Below, in pieces: positions 7,926-17,758 of a stretch of DNA of 38,964 bases (positions within the stretch are counted from its first letter, which is position 1; every line of letters begins with the position of its first letter). A program made the position numbers and the translations under genes. This stretch comes from Escherichia phage HK542, in sequence record NC_019769.1; one strand, 5' to 3'. The notes beneath the pieces are model-generated. The model had not been told where the DNA came from and did not search any database. It saw only the letters and a program-made list of their open reading frames with translations.

Positions 7926-10900
7926 ATGGCAACGCTGCGCGAGCTAATCATCAAAATTTCGGCGAACTCTTCTTCTTTTCAGTCAGAGATCGCCAGAGCG
8001 TCCCGCATGGGAACCGATTACTACCGCACTATGGAACAGGGCGGGAAAAAAGCTGCAGCGGCCACGCGTGAAACTCAGCGGTCTTTGGCTGACCTGAATT
8101 CTCAGCTTGCAACCGTGCGATCCTCTGCTGCCGGGCTTGCCGGTGCGTGGGCTGGTGCATTTGCCACGCATCAGCTGATTCAGTTTGCCGACACGTGGAA
8201 CCAGTTGAATGGGCGTCTTCGCCTTGCGTCCTCTTCCAGTGAGGATTACGTGCAATCCCAGCGCGTGCTGATGGAGATTAGCCAGCGCACCGGAACATCC
8301 CTCGAGGCAAACAGCAACCTGTACAGCCGAATTGCGCAGTCCCTGCGTGATGCCGGTTACGCTTCTGCTGACGTCGCAAAAGTTACGGAAACCGTAGCAA
8401 CCTCACTGAAGCTGTCTGGCGCCAGTACCGAAGAGGCGAGTTCTGTTATCACCCAGCTTAGCCAGGCACTTGGCTCAGGCGTTTTGCGAGGCGAAGAATT
8501 TAACTCCATCATGGAGAACGGTGGACGCCTGGCGAAACTGCTGGCTGATGGGCTGGGTACCACTGTTGGTGGCCTGCGAAATATGGCCAACAACGGCGAG
8601 CTGACGACCAACAAGATCGTCCCGCTGCTGACCAACGTTGAGATCCTCCGTAAAGAATTCGACACCCTTCCTGCATCCATCAGCGGATCTGCACAGAAAG
8701 TGCAAAACGCCTTCCTTGCATGGGTTGGCGGGGCGAACGATGCGGTCGGCGCATCATCAACGCTTTCCGGCGTGCTGGATGGTCTGGCGAATAACATCGA
8801 TGATGTGGCGAACACCGCAGGCATTCTGGTTGGTGTTGGCCTCGCTCGTTATTTTGGCAACATGGTCGGCAGCGTTGCTCAGTCAACCCGGGCAGTCCTC
8901 GCTAATACGGCCGCCGAGGTCGCGCTGGCGCAGGCTCAGGTTCGCGGAGCTCAGGTTAGCGTTGCTGCTGGTCGCCAGGCTGTTTACCGCGCTCAACAGG
9001 CGCGCGCAGCGGCGACGAGTATTGAGGCTCAGATTGTCGCTGAGCGTAATCTTGCTGCTGCTCAGGCATCACTGAATACGGCGCTTGCTGGCAGGACTTC
9101 GGCCGTTAATAACCTCACCAATACAGCCTCGGTGATGTCCCGCCTGGGTAGTGGCGTTCTTGGCATTCTCGGTGGCTGGCCTGGAGTGATTATCGGTGCC
9201 GGCGCTGCGATGTATGGCCTTTATCAGCATACCCAGCAGGTGCACCGTGAGGCGGTAGGTTTTGCCAACAACCTTGACGAGATCAACACCAAGCTCCAGC
9301 AGATGTCGGTGCTTGGCCTGCGTTCGACCGCGGCTGATGCCCGTACATCTTTACAGGCGCAAAAACAGGACCTGGCCGACCTCGACTCTCAGATTGCGAA
9401 GGTGAAAGACAGTCTTAAGGCGGTTGATCAAATCCAGCAGGACTACAACCGCCATCCGACGCTGACCCTGATCAACACCTTCATGGACCAGGCCGACATC
9501 ACGGCCAAAAACATCGAGCTTACCGATAAGCTGAACCAGCTTGAGTACCAGCGCGAACAGGCAGCCTCAAAAGTCGAGCAAACGCAGAAGCTGGTTAATC
9601 AGGCCAGTGATCTGGCTACACAAAAGGCTATCGAACAGGCTGGCGCTGTCTCAATCCTGAAAGGTGCGTATGACCTGCTTAACCGCTCGATGTCAGCGAC
9701 CGCTGGCGCCAAGCCGCCGCAATATGCCGGGCCCGTCGTCTCACTGGCGAATGCAACGCCTCAACAGCAAACTGCACTGGAGCGCTCGCGCCGCGATAAT
9801 GAGCTAGCCAGCTTAAGCGGATTAGAGAAACTCCATCAGCAGCACGTCTACGAAGCAGAAGACCTGCAGCTGACGGGGGCGCTTTACACCCAGTACATCT
9901 ACAACAAGGATCAGGCAGCCAAAAAGGATGCAGCAGCTGCAGAGGCAAAAAAAACCTCTACCGCCGCCTCGAAAGCGCAGAGTAAAGCCGAGCGCGAAGC
10001 GGCCAGCACCGCCGAACAGTATTCCCGGAAAATGGCCGATCTGAGCGTGGCTATCGATGTGCAACGCGTCCGGGCCACGGAAGGAGAAAAAGCCTCTGAG
10101 CTTTACGCGGCGTCGCACCAGGCAGGCACTAAATGGACCGACGAGCAGCGCAGAGCAATCCAGGCATCATCAACAGAGCTGGCAAAATGGACGCAAAAAG
10201 CCGACGAGAACGTGCGCAAGCAGCGCGAACAGGCTGATGCCCTGAAGGATTTAACTGAAGCGGCCCGAAAGTTCAGGGATGAGGCGACGCTGACAACCGA
10301 AACCGCAGGCATGAGTGATCGTCAGCGCAGCCGGTTCGATGAGACGCAACAGATCGACCGTGTTTTTGCTAAAACGGACGGCGGCATCGAGGCCATCGCA
10401 CAGCGCGCCGCAGCCCTCGATGCTCTGGAGGAGAAATACAAGGCTATTGCAGCAGCTGAAGCGGATTGGATGTTCGGTGTATCACGCGGCTATGCCAACT
10501 GGTTTGATGAAATCAGTGATGTATCCGGAACGGTTTCTGACGGGGTGAAAACCACACTCGACAGCGCGTTTGGTAACGTCACCTCAATGCTCGAAGGCAA
10601 TAAAGTTAGCTGGAAATCGTGGGGTATTTCTGTCCTGCAGATTATCGAAAAAGTGGCTCTGCAGATGGCGGTGGTTAGCGCGATGGGTGGGGCCTCTTCC
10701 GGTTCTGGCATCTTTGGCTCACTCATCGGCAGTGTAGGCAGCTTCTTCGGGGGCGGGGCGGGAGCATCAGCCAGCACCGGTACGGCGGTTTCCAGTTACG
10801 GATCGAACTTCCAGTTTAACGCCAAAGGCGGCGTTTATGACTCCCCCTCTCTGAGCGCTTTCAGTAATGGGATCGTCAGAAACCCCACCATGTTCGCTTT

Positions 10901-11207
10901 CGCAAAAGGCGGGGCCGGAATCATGGGCGAGGCTGGGCCGGAGGCGATCATGCCGCTTACCCGCGCGCCGGATGGTTCTCTCGGCGTTCGTGCGGTCGGA
11001 GGTGGCGGCGGTCAGTCTGTATCTTCGGCGCCACAGGTTTATATCACCATCGATGGCAACGGCAACACTCAAACTCAGGCCTCACCAGGCCTTGAGCAAT
11101 TTGGTGCCGAGGTCGGGGAATTTGTTGATCGACGTTATAAGCAGAATGTGATGCGTGACATTCGTCCCGGCGGCGACATCTGGAACGCAATGAAAGGAAC
11201 CCGATAA
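7926..11207 (+). CDS. Tail tape measure protein
   Basis: 1093 aa, Ala/Gln-rich coiled-coil composition and Gly-rich C-terminus; sits between GT and M. Confidence 0.9.
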   Translation: MATLRELIIKISANSSSFQSEIARASRMGTDYYRTMEQGGKKAAAATRETQRSLADLNSQLATVRSSAAGLAGAWAGAFATHQLIQFADTWNQLNGRLRLASSSSEDYVQSQRVLMEISQRTGTSLEANSNLYSRIAQSLRDAGYASADVAKVTETVATSLKLSGASTEEASSVITQLSQALGSGVLRGEEFNSIMENGGRLAKLLADGLGTTVGGLRNMANNGELTTNKIVPLLTNVEILRKEFDTLPASISGSAQKVQNAFLAWVGGANDAVGASSTLSGVLDGLANNIDDVANTAGILVGVGLARYFGNMVGSVAQSTRAVLANTAAEVALAQAQVRGAQVSVAAGRQAVYRAQQARAAATSIEAQIVAERNLAAAQASLNTALAGRTSAVNNLTNTASVMSRLGSGVLGILGGWPGVIIGAGAAMYGLYQHTQQVHREAVGFANNLDEINTKLQQMSVLGLRSTAADARTSLQAQKQDLADLDSQIAKVKDSLKAVDQIQQDYNRHPTLTLINTFMDQADITAKNIELTDKLNQLEYQREQAASKVEQTQKLVNQASDLATQKAIEQAGAVSILKGAYDLLNRSMSATAGAKPPQYAGPVVSLANATPQQQTALERSRRDNELASLSGLEKLHQQHVYEAEDLQLTGALYTQYIYNKDQAAKKDAAAAEAKKTSTAASKAQSKAEREAASTAEQYSRKMADLSVAIDVQRVRATEGEKASELYAASHQAGTKWTDEQRRAIQASSTELAKWTQKADENVRKQREQADALKDLTEAARKFRDEATLTTETAGMSDRQRSRFDETQQIDRVFAKTDGGIEAIAQRAAALDALEEKYKAIAAAEADWMFGVSRGYANWFDEISDVSGTVSDGVKTTLDSAFGNVTSMLEGNKVSWKSWGISVLQIIEKVALQMAVVSAMGGASSGSGIFGSLIGSVGSFFGGGAGASASTGTAVSSYGSNFQFNAKGGVYDSPSLSAFSNGIVRNPTMFAFAKGGAGIMGEAGPEAIMPLTRAPDGSLGVRAVGGGGGQSVSSAPQVYITIDGNGNTQTQASPGLEQFGAEVGEFVDRRYKQNVMRDIRPGGDIWNAMKGTR

Positions 11208-11209
11208 TT

Positions 11210-11548
11210 ATGGCCATTGAAACTTTCACCTGGTGCCCACGGATTAACGCGGAGGCTGATACAAGTTTCCGCGTCAGAAAAGCCCAGTTTGGCGATGGAT
11301 ATGAGCAGGTTTCAGGGGATGGATTGAACACCAGAACCCAGCAATGGACGCTCAACTTCACTGGCAACGAAACCTACATTTCTGCCATTAAATCTTTTCT
11401 CGACAGGCATGAAGGAACGAAAGCCTTTCAATGGAAGCCGCCGCTCGAGCCTTTGGGTTTGTATCGTTGCGAAACGTATAAACCCACCGGGCTGGGTGCG
11501 GGAAAATTCAACCTTGAAGCAACATTCATCCAGGCATTTAAACCATGA
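11210..11548 (+). CDS. Minor tail protein M-like
   Basis: 112 aa immediately after tape measure; lambda gpM-like size and position. Confidence 0.75.
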   Translation: MAIETFTWCPRINAEADTSFRVRKAQFGDGYEQVSGDGLNTRTQQWTLNFTGNETYISAIKSFLDRHEGTKAFQWKPPLEPLGLYRCETYKPTGLGAGKFNLEATFIQAFKP

Positions 11549-12303
11549 GCTTAAACGCAGACTATCAGAAGCTTGAATCCGGAAACGATGTTCGTCTGAT
11601 TGAGGTGGACGGTTCTTCCTTTGGGCTAACGGACGTTCTCCGCTTTCACAATTACCGCATTCCCCACACGGAAGCGGAAATCATCGCCGCTGGTGGGGAT
11701 GAGTCCAAGCTTCCGGCGAAACCAATCTGGTGGCAGGGAAATGAATACGCCGCCTGGCCGTATCAGCTGGAAGGCCTGGAAAAATCAACCAGTGGGAGCA
11801 ATGCAACGCCATCACTGACGGTTGCGAACATCGAAAGCTCTATTTCTGCCATGTGTCTTGCGTATGACGATCTGCTGCAGGCGAAAGTCACTATTCACGA
11901 CACAAAAGAGAAATATCTCGATGCCAGAAATTTCGCGGACGGCAACCCCACAGCAGACCCGACTCAGGAAAAGCTGCAGGTCTGGTATATCGACGGGAAA
12001 ACTGGCGAGCTTGCCGGTGAAACCGTTGAATTTGTTCTGTCCAGCCCGATGGACCTGCAGGGGCAAATGATCCCGACGCGACAGCTTCATTCCCTGTGTA
12101 CCTGGTGCATCCGGAATAAATATCGTACCGGCGACGGCTGCGACTATGCCGGCACCCGCTATTTCGACAAAAACAACAACCCGGTAAGCGATCCGTCGCT
12201 GGATGAATGCAACGGCACGCTGACGGCCTGCAAACTCCGATTCGGCGAAAATAACGAACTCTCGTTTGGTGGCTTCCCGGGCACGTCTTTGATCAGGAGT
12301 TGA
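11545..12303 (+). CDS. Minor tail protein L-like
   Basis: 252 aa with a Cys cluster near the C-terminus, as in lambda gpL; overlaps M stop. Confidence 0.8.
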   Translation: MSLNADYQKLESGNDVRLIEVDGSSFGLTDVLRFHNYRIPHTEAEIIAAGGDESKLPAKPIWWQGNEYAAWPYQLEGLEKSTSGSNATPSLTVANIESSISAMCLAYDDLLQAKVTIHDTKEKYLDARNFADGNPTADPTQEKLQVWYIDGKTGELAGETVEFVLSSPMDLQGQMIPTRQLHSLCTWCIRNKYRTGDGCDYAGTRYFDKNNNPVSDPSLDECNGTLTACKLRFGENNELSFGGFPGTSLIRS

Positions 12304-12304
12304 T

Positions 12305-13015
12305 ATGCGTCAGAAAACCATCGATGCGATTATGGCGCATGCTGCAGCTGAATATCCTCATGAGTGTTGCGGCGTGGTGGCGCAGAAAAGCCGCGTTGAA
12401 CGTTATTTCCCGTGCCGGAATCTTGCCGCGGCGCCGGAGGACAATTTTGTCCTTTGCCCCGAAGACTACGCAGCTGCTGAGGACTGGGGAACGGTGATCG
12501 CCATCGTTCACAGTCACCCTGACGCCACAACGCAGCCGAGCGAACTGGATAAAGCGCAATGCGACGCAACGCTTTTACCCTGGCATATTGTGAGCTGGCC
12601 GGAGGGGGATTTACGCACCATCCAGCCGCGCGGAGAACTGCCACTGCTGGAGCGTCCGTTTGTGCTTGGACACTTCGACTGCTGGGGGCTGGTAATGAGC
12701 TATTTCCGGCAAACGCATGGTATCGAGCTCCACGATTACCGGGTGGATTATCCCTGGTGGGAAAACGCCTATCCGGACAATTTTTATCAGGATTGCTGGT
12801 ATGAATGCGGATTCAGGGAGTTTGACGGCCCGCCTCAGGAAGGGGACCTCGTCATCATGCAGGTGCAGGCCGATAAGTGGAATCATGCCGGGATTTTACT
12901 GGAGGGTAACATGCTGCTGCACCACCTGTACGGACATCTGAGCCAGCGCGTGCCGTATGGTGGCTACTGGCAGGAAAGGACGATGAAGATTCTTAGACAT
13001 CAGAATTTTATTTAA
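12305..13015 (+). CDS. Tail assembly protein K-like (MPN/JAMM plus NlpC/P60 domains)
   Basis: 236 aa; HSHPDA JAMM-like motif N-terminally and a Cys-His (DCWGLV) peptidase-like region C-terminally. Confidence 0.8.
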   Translation: MRQKTIDAIMAHAAAEYPHECCGVVAQKSRVERYFPCRNLAAAPEDNFVLCPEDYAAAEDWGTVIAIVHSHPDATTQPSELDKAQCDATLLPWHIVSWPEGDLRTIQPRGELPLLERPFVLGHFDCWGLVMSYFRQTHGIELHDYRVDYPWWENAYPDNFYQDCWYECGFREFDGPPQEGDLVIMQVQADKWNHAGILLEGNMLLHHLYGHLSQRVPYGGYWQERTMKILRHQNFI

Positions 13016-13062
13016 CAAACTGTCACTGATACTATCGTGTAGTACACAGCAAGGAGAACGAT

Positions 13063-13287
13063 ATGTATACAGTTGGGTTTGGTTGGATCTTCGTCGGTAT
13101 TTTTATTGGGTTAATTCTCTGGTTTTTCATCAACCGCGCCAGCGTCAGAGCGAACAGGCAGGTTGAATTACTTGAGTCTATCGACCAGAAATTATCAAAA
13201 ATAGTAGATCCAAACTTCGAGGCAAATAACAAAGACCAGTCGAAAGAAAACTACCTTGAAGAAGCAAGGAAAAAAGCTGGGCTTTGA
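13063..13287 (+). CDS. Small single-pass membrane protein (moron between K and I)
   Basis: 74 aa; AAGGAG RBS 7 nt upstream; one N-terminal TM helix (VGFGWIFVGIFIGLILWFFI) and a charged C-tail; AT-rich; own terminator. Confidence 0.5.
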   Translation: MYTVGFGWIFVGIFIGLILWFFINRASVRANRQVELLESIDQKLSKIVDPNFEANNKDQSKENYLEEARKKAGL

Positions 13288-13302
13288 GAGCGTAAATTAA
13301 CA

Positions 13303-13326
13303 AACCACCTACGGGTGGTTTTTTTA
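13303..13326 (+). terminator. Intrinsic terminator after the small membrane ORF
   Basis: aaccacc-tacg-ggtggtt followed by tttttttatgg. Confidence 0.65.
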
Positions 13327-13336
13327 TGGGGGCAGC

Positions 13337-13945
13337 ATGCAAGAGGTAATGACAAGAATTGAGCTAAGTGGCGTGCTAGCTAAGACATATGGAAGGGTTC
13401 ATCACCGTCTGGTTCGCACTACTGCTGAAGCCATTAATGCACTCGCGAAAACCATCAATGGATTCGAGAAATTCTTAAACACAAGCAAGGCCCGAGGGCT
13501 GACGTATGCCGTTTATAGAGATAAAAAGAATATTGGCGTTGATGATCTCGGCTTTCCCGTCACCGGCGAAGTGATCCGGATTGTCCCTGTAGTAATAGGG
13601 AGTAAAAAGGCTGGTCTTTTGCAGACAATCCTAGGGGCCGTGCTTATTACTGCTGCTGTATTGACTGGCCCTGGCGGTATTGGCGCTGCTTTCGCTGCTG
13701 GTGGATTGACGGGGTTTGCTGCTGCCACTGGCGCCTCGTTGGTCCTCGGTGGGGTTATTCAGCTTCTTTCACCACAGCCATCAGGCATAGCCAGCAAACA
13801 AAGCGCAGATAACCGTGCATCGTATGCATTCGGCGGTGTTACAAACACCGCGGCACAGGGGTACCCGGTGCCTCTGCTTTATGGTAAGCGTCGAATCGGC
13901 GGAGCGATTATTTCTGCAGGAATTTATGTCGAAGATCAGCAGTAG
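13337..13945 (+). CDS. Tail assembly protein I-like
   Basis: 202 aa with Gly/Ala-rich hydrophobic C-terminal half as in lambda gpI; directly precedes J. Confidence 0.75.
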   Translation: MQEVMTRIELSGVLAKTYGRVHHRLVRTTAEAINALAKTINGFEKFLNTSKARGLTYAVYRDKKNIGVDDLGFPVTGEVIRIVPVVIGSKKAGLLQTILGAVLITAAVLTGPGGIGAAFAAGGLTGFAAATGASLVLGGVIQLLSPQPSGIASKQSADNRASYAFGGVTNTAAQGYPVPLLYGKRRIGGAIISAGIYVEDQQ

Positions 13946-13963
13946 ATAACTAACCTTTTTACA

Positions 13964-13988
13964 AGCCACCTCCGGGTGGCTTTTTTTA
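13964..13988 (+). terminator. Terminator-like hairpin between I and J
   Basis: agccacc-tccg-ggtggct followed by tttttttatgg; near-identical to the hairpin at 13303-13326. Confidence 0.55.
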
Positions 13989-13998
13989 TGGACGCAAT

Positions 13999-16900
13999 AT
14001 GGCAACTGCAACCGCGATTAAAGGCCGCAAAGGCGGTAGTTCAAAGACACGCACTCCAACTGAACAGCCCGATGATCTGCAGTCAGTTGCGAAGGCGAAA
14101 ATTTTAATCGCCCTTGGCGAGGGCGAGTTCTCCGGGCAATTAACCGGCAAAGATATCTACCTGGACGGAACAGCGCTGGAGAATGCTGACGGCTCCCAAA
14201 ACTTCAGCGGGGTAACGTGGGAGTTTCGCGCGGGAACGCAGGCGCAAAAATATATTCAGGGTATTCCCGGTACCGAAAACGAGATCAGCGTAGGAACTGA
14301 GGTATCAAGTGCCACAGCCTGGACGCGCACGTTTACCAATACGCAGCTTTCAGCAGTTCGCCTGCGTCTTAAATGGCCCTCGCTTTTCAAACAGGAAGAC
14401 GACGGCGATCTGGTGGGTTACTCGGTCAATTATGCGATTGACCTGCAGACTGACGGCGGCACATGGCAGACGGTACTCAATACCAGCGTGACCGGCAAAA
14501 CGACGTCTGGTTATGAGCGCAGCCACCGTATCGATTTACCGCAGGCTGGCAGCACATGGACAATACGTCTGCGTAAGATTACCTCTGACGCCAACAGCGC
14601 GAAGATCGGCGACACGATGATGCTGCAGAGCTTCACCGAGGTGATTGACGCCAAACTGCGCTACCCGAACACCGCGCTGCTCTACGTCGAATTCGACTCA
14701 AGCCAGTTCAACGGCTCTATTCCTCAAATTTCATGCGAACCGCGCGGCCGCGTTATCCGCGTTCCAGATACCTACGACCCTGAAACCCGCACTTATAGCG
14801 GTACATGGACCGGTGCGTTTAAGTGGGCATGGACGGATAACCCTGCGTGGATTTTTTACGACCTGGTTGTTTCTGACCGGTTCGGCCTTGGGCACCGTTT
14901 GACCGCTGCGAATATTGATAAATGGACGCTTTATCAGGTTGCTCAGTATTGTGATCAGATGGTACCAGACGGCAAAGGGGGCAACGGTACAGAACCACGC
15001 TATACCTGCAACGTGTACATTCAGGACCGGAACGACGCCTACACAGTCCTGCGTGATTTTGCCGCTATCTTCCGTGGCATGACCTACTGGGGCGGGGATC
15101 AGATTGTGGCCCTGGCTGACATGCCGCGCGATGTTGATTACAGCTATACGCGCGCTAACGTTGTTGGCGGTCGCTTCACCTATTCGAGCAGCACCACGAA
15201 AAGCCGCTACACCACAGCGCTGGTTTCATGGTCAGACCCGGGTAACGCTTATGCCGACGCGATGGAGCCGGTATTTGAGCAGGCGCTGGTGGCGCGGTAC
15301 GGCTTCAATCAGCTGGAAATGACAGCCATCGGCTGCACCAGGCAGTCAGAGGCGAACCGAAAGGGGCGCTGGGGTATTCTCACCAATAACAAGGATCGCG
15401 TTGTTTCGTTTGATGTCGGGCTGGACGGAAACATTCCGCAGCCTGGCTACATCATCGCCGTGGCAGACGAGCTGCTTTCCGGAAAGGTTATGGGCGGCCG
15501 CATCAGCGCCGTTAACGGTCGCGTTATCAAACTTGACCGCGTAGCTGATGCAGCACCAGGTGATCGCCTTATTCTCAACCTTCCCTCCGGAGCGTCGCAG
15601 AGCAGGACCATTCAGGCCGTGAACGGGGAATCAGTCACAGTCACCACGGCATACAGTGAGACGCCACAGGCCGAAGCTGTTTGGGTGGTTGAATCTGACG
15701 AGCTCTACGCGCAGCAGTATCGAGTTGTCAGCGTTTCCGATAACAATGATGGCACTTTCTCGATTACCGGCGCATGGCACGACCCGGATAAATATGCCCG
15801 TATCGATACCGGAGCCATCATTGACCAACGGCCGGTGAGCGTGATCCCGCCGGGCAACCAGTCGCCGCCTGCGAATATCGTGATCAGCTCGTTTTCCGTG
15901 GTTCAGCAAAATATCAGCGTCGAAACAATGCGCGTGAGCTGGGACCAGGCGCAGAACGCTATCGCCTATGAAGCGCAATGGCGCCGCAACGACGGGAACT
16001 GGGTTAACGTGCCGCGCACCTCCACCACGTCATTCGACGTCCCGGGGATTTATGCCGGGCGCTACCTGGTGCGGGTGCGCGCAATCAATGCCGCAGAAAT
16101 TTCATCCGGATGGGGCTATTCAGAAGAGAAAACGCTGACGGGTAAAGTGGGCAATCCACCGAAGCCGGTTGGCTTTATCGCCTCTGAAAACGTGGTGTTC
16201 GGTATCGAGCTGAACTGGGGATTCCCGGCGAATACCGACGACACGCTGAAGACGGAAATTCAGTACAGCCTGACCGGGAGCGAAGATGATGCCATTCTTC
16301 TGAGCGATGTTCCCTATCCGCAGCGCAAGTATCAGCAGATGGGCCTGAAGGCGGGGCAAATTTTCTGGTACCGGGCGCAGCTGGTGGACAGGACAGGCAA
16401 TGAGTCGGGTTATACCGACTGGGTACGTGGACAGGCCAGTATCGATGTGTCGGATATCACCGATGTTATCCTGGAGGACATTAAAGAATCGGACACGTTC
16501 AAGGAACTGATCGAAAGCGCAGTAGACAGCAACGAAAAAATTGCTGGTATGGCTGACGATATCAGACAGAACGCTGACGATCTGGAGCAACAGGCGCTGG
16601 CCATCAAGGAAAACGCCGATGGGCTCGCCCAGGCCGAGGTGAAGATTGACGAAATCTCTGTCTCGATGGATGGCATGACGGGAGGCGTTAAAAACTCCTC
16701 TATCGCGGTTATTCAGAACAGCCTCGCGCAGGTCACCAGCCGTCGATCCCAGACAGCCACCAACGCCGGGAACAGCGCCAGCATCGACCGTATCGATACC
16801 ACCATTGCAGATACCAGCCAGGCGGTTGCCCGTGCGCTGGTTACGCTTGATGCTTCTGCCGGTGGTAATGTCTCAAACGCGACCGATCTCACCGAAACCC

Positions 16901-17454
16901 TTGCTGATTTCACGCAGGCCTCGGCCACGAAAATCAACTCCCTGACGGTTACGGTAAACGGCCAGACAGCGGCTATTAACCAGACCGCGCAGGCGGTGGC
17001 TGATGTGAACGGTAACCTCAGCGCGATGTATAACATCAAGGTTGGCGTTTCCAGCAACGGTCAGTATTACGCCGCGGGCATGGGGATTGGTGTTGAGAAT
17101 ACGCCGTCCGGGATGCAGTCGCAGGTCATCTTCCTGGCTGACCGCTTCGCCGTCACCACGGCAGCAGGTAACAGCGTGGCTTTGCCGTTTGTGATCCAGA
17201 ATGGACAGACATTCATCCGGGCCAGTTTCATCCAGGACGGCACTATCAGCAACGCAAAGATTGGTAATTTTATCCAGTCGAACAATTATGTTGCTGGTTC
17301 TGCTGGCTGGAAGCTTGATAAAGGGGGGACGTTTGAGAACTACGGTTCGACTGCTGGTGAGGGAGCCATGAAACTGACAAATCAGACGATCAGCGTCAAA
17401 GATGGCAGTAATGTTCTTAGGGTGCAGGTTGGACGATTAACGGGAGTATTCTGA
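13999..17454 (+). CDS. Host specificity / central tail fibre protein J-like
   Basis: 1151 aa, the largest tail ORF downstream of I; lambda gpJ-like size and position. Confidence 0.88.
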   Translation: MATATAIKGRKGGSSKTRTPTEQPDDLQSVAKAKILIALGEGEFSGQLTGKDIYLDGTALENADGSQNFSGVTWEFRAGTQAQKYIQGIPGTENEISVGTEVSSATAWTRTFTNTQLSAVRLRLKWPSLFKQEDDGDLVGYSVNYAIDLQTDGGTWQTVLNTSVTGKTTSGYERSHRIDLPQAGSTWTIRLRKITSDANSAKIGDTMMLQSFTEVIDAKLRYPNTALLYVEFDSSQFNGSIPQISCEPRGRVIRVPDTYDPETRTYSGTWTGAFKWAWTDNPAWIFYDLVVSDRFGLGHRLTAANIDKWTLYQVAQYCDQMVPDGKGGNGTEPRYTCNVYIQDRNDAYTVLRDFAAIFRGMTYWGGDQIVALADMPRDVDYSYTRANVVGGRFTYSSSTTKSRYTTALVSWSDPGNAYADAMEPVFEQALVARYGFNQLEMTAIGCTRQSEANRKGRWGILTNNKDRVVSFDVGLDGNIPQPGYIIAVADELLSGKVMGGRISAVNGRVIKLDRVADAAPGDRLILNLPSGASQSRTIQAVNGESVTVTTAYSETPQAEAVWVVESDELYAQQYRVVSVSDNNDGTFSITGAWHDPDKYARIDTGAIIDQRPVSVIPPGNQSPPANIVISSFSVVQQNISVETMRVSWDQAQNAIAYEAQWRRNDGNWVNVPRTSTTSFDVPGIYAGRYLVRVRAINAAEISSGWGYSEEKTLTGKVGNPPKPVGFIASENVVFGIELNWGFPANTDDTLKTEIQYSLTGSEDDAILLSDVPYPQRKYQQMGLKAGQIFWYRAQLVDRTGNESGYTDWVRGQASIDVSDITDVILEDIKESDTFKELIESAVDSNEKIAGMADDIRQNADDLEQQALAIKENADGLAQAEVKIDEISVSMDGMTGGVKNSSIAVIQNSLAQVTSRRSQTATNAGNSASIDRIDTTIADTSQAVARALVTLDASAGGNVSNATDLTETLADFTQASATKINSLTVTVNGQTAAINQTAQAVADVNGNLSAMYNIKVGVSSNGQYYAAGMGIGVENTPSGMQSQVIFLADRFAVTTAAGNSVALPFVIQNGQTFIRASFIQDGTISNAKIGNFIQSNNYVAGSAGWKLDKGGTFENYGSTAGEGAMKLTNQTISVKDGSNVLRVQVGRLTGVF

Positions 17455-17455
17455 A

Positions 17456-17758
17456 ATGGCTTATGGAATACAGACCTGGGATGCTTCAGGAAAACCCAAC
17501 AACTATGGCATCAAACCCGTTTCCGTCGTTGGGCGAATACAGCTGGCTGCCGGGCAAACCTCCGGCAGCTGGTCTTTTACGGTGCCCTCAGGAATGAAAG
17601 TTGGTTTTGTTCTTTCACTTGATGAAGGAGGTAACAGCGTAGGGCGGCGCATTGTCGCGTCAGGGAGCACAATAACCGTAAGCGCTGCATCTTCTGTAGG
17701 CCTGGGAAATTATCCGGCCTCAAAATGTGAGGTGGTTGTTTTCATGGAGAAAGCATAA
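17456..17758 (+). CDS. Hypothetical tail-associated protein
   Basis: 100-aa ORF starting 2 nt after J stop. Confidence 0.45.
   Translation: MAYGIQTWDASGKPNNYGIKPVSVVGRIQLAAGQTSGSWSFTVPSGMKVGFVLSLDEGGNSVGRRIVASGSTITVSAASSVGLGNYPASKCEVVVFMEKA

Noticed and set aside
8357-8824. Antisense ORFs of 60-155 aa inside the tape measure, J and other long genes on the opposite strand
   Set aside because: They fully overlap strongly supported structural genes, lack RBS context, and have biased composition typical of frame-shadow ORFs in GC-rich coding DNA.
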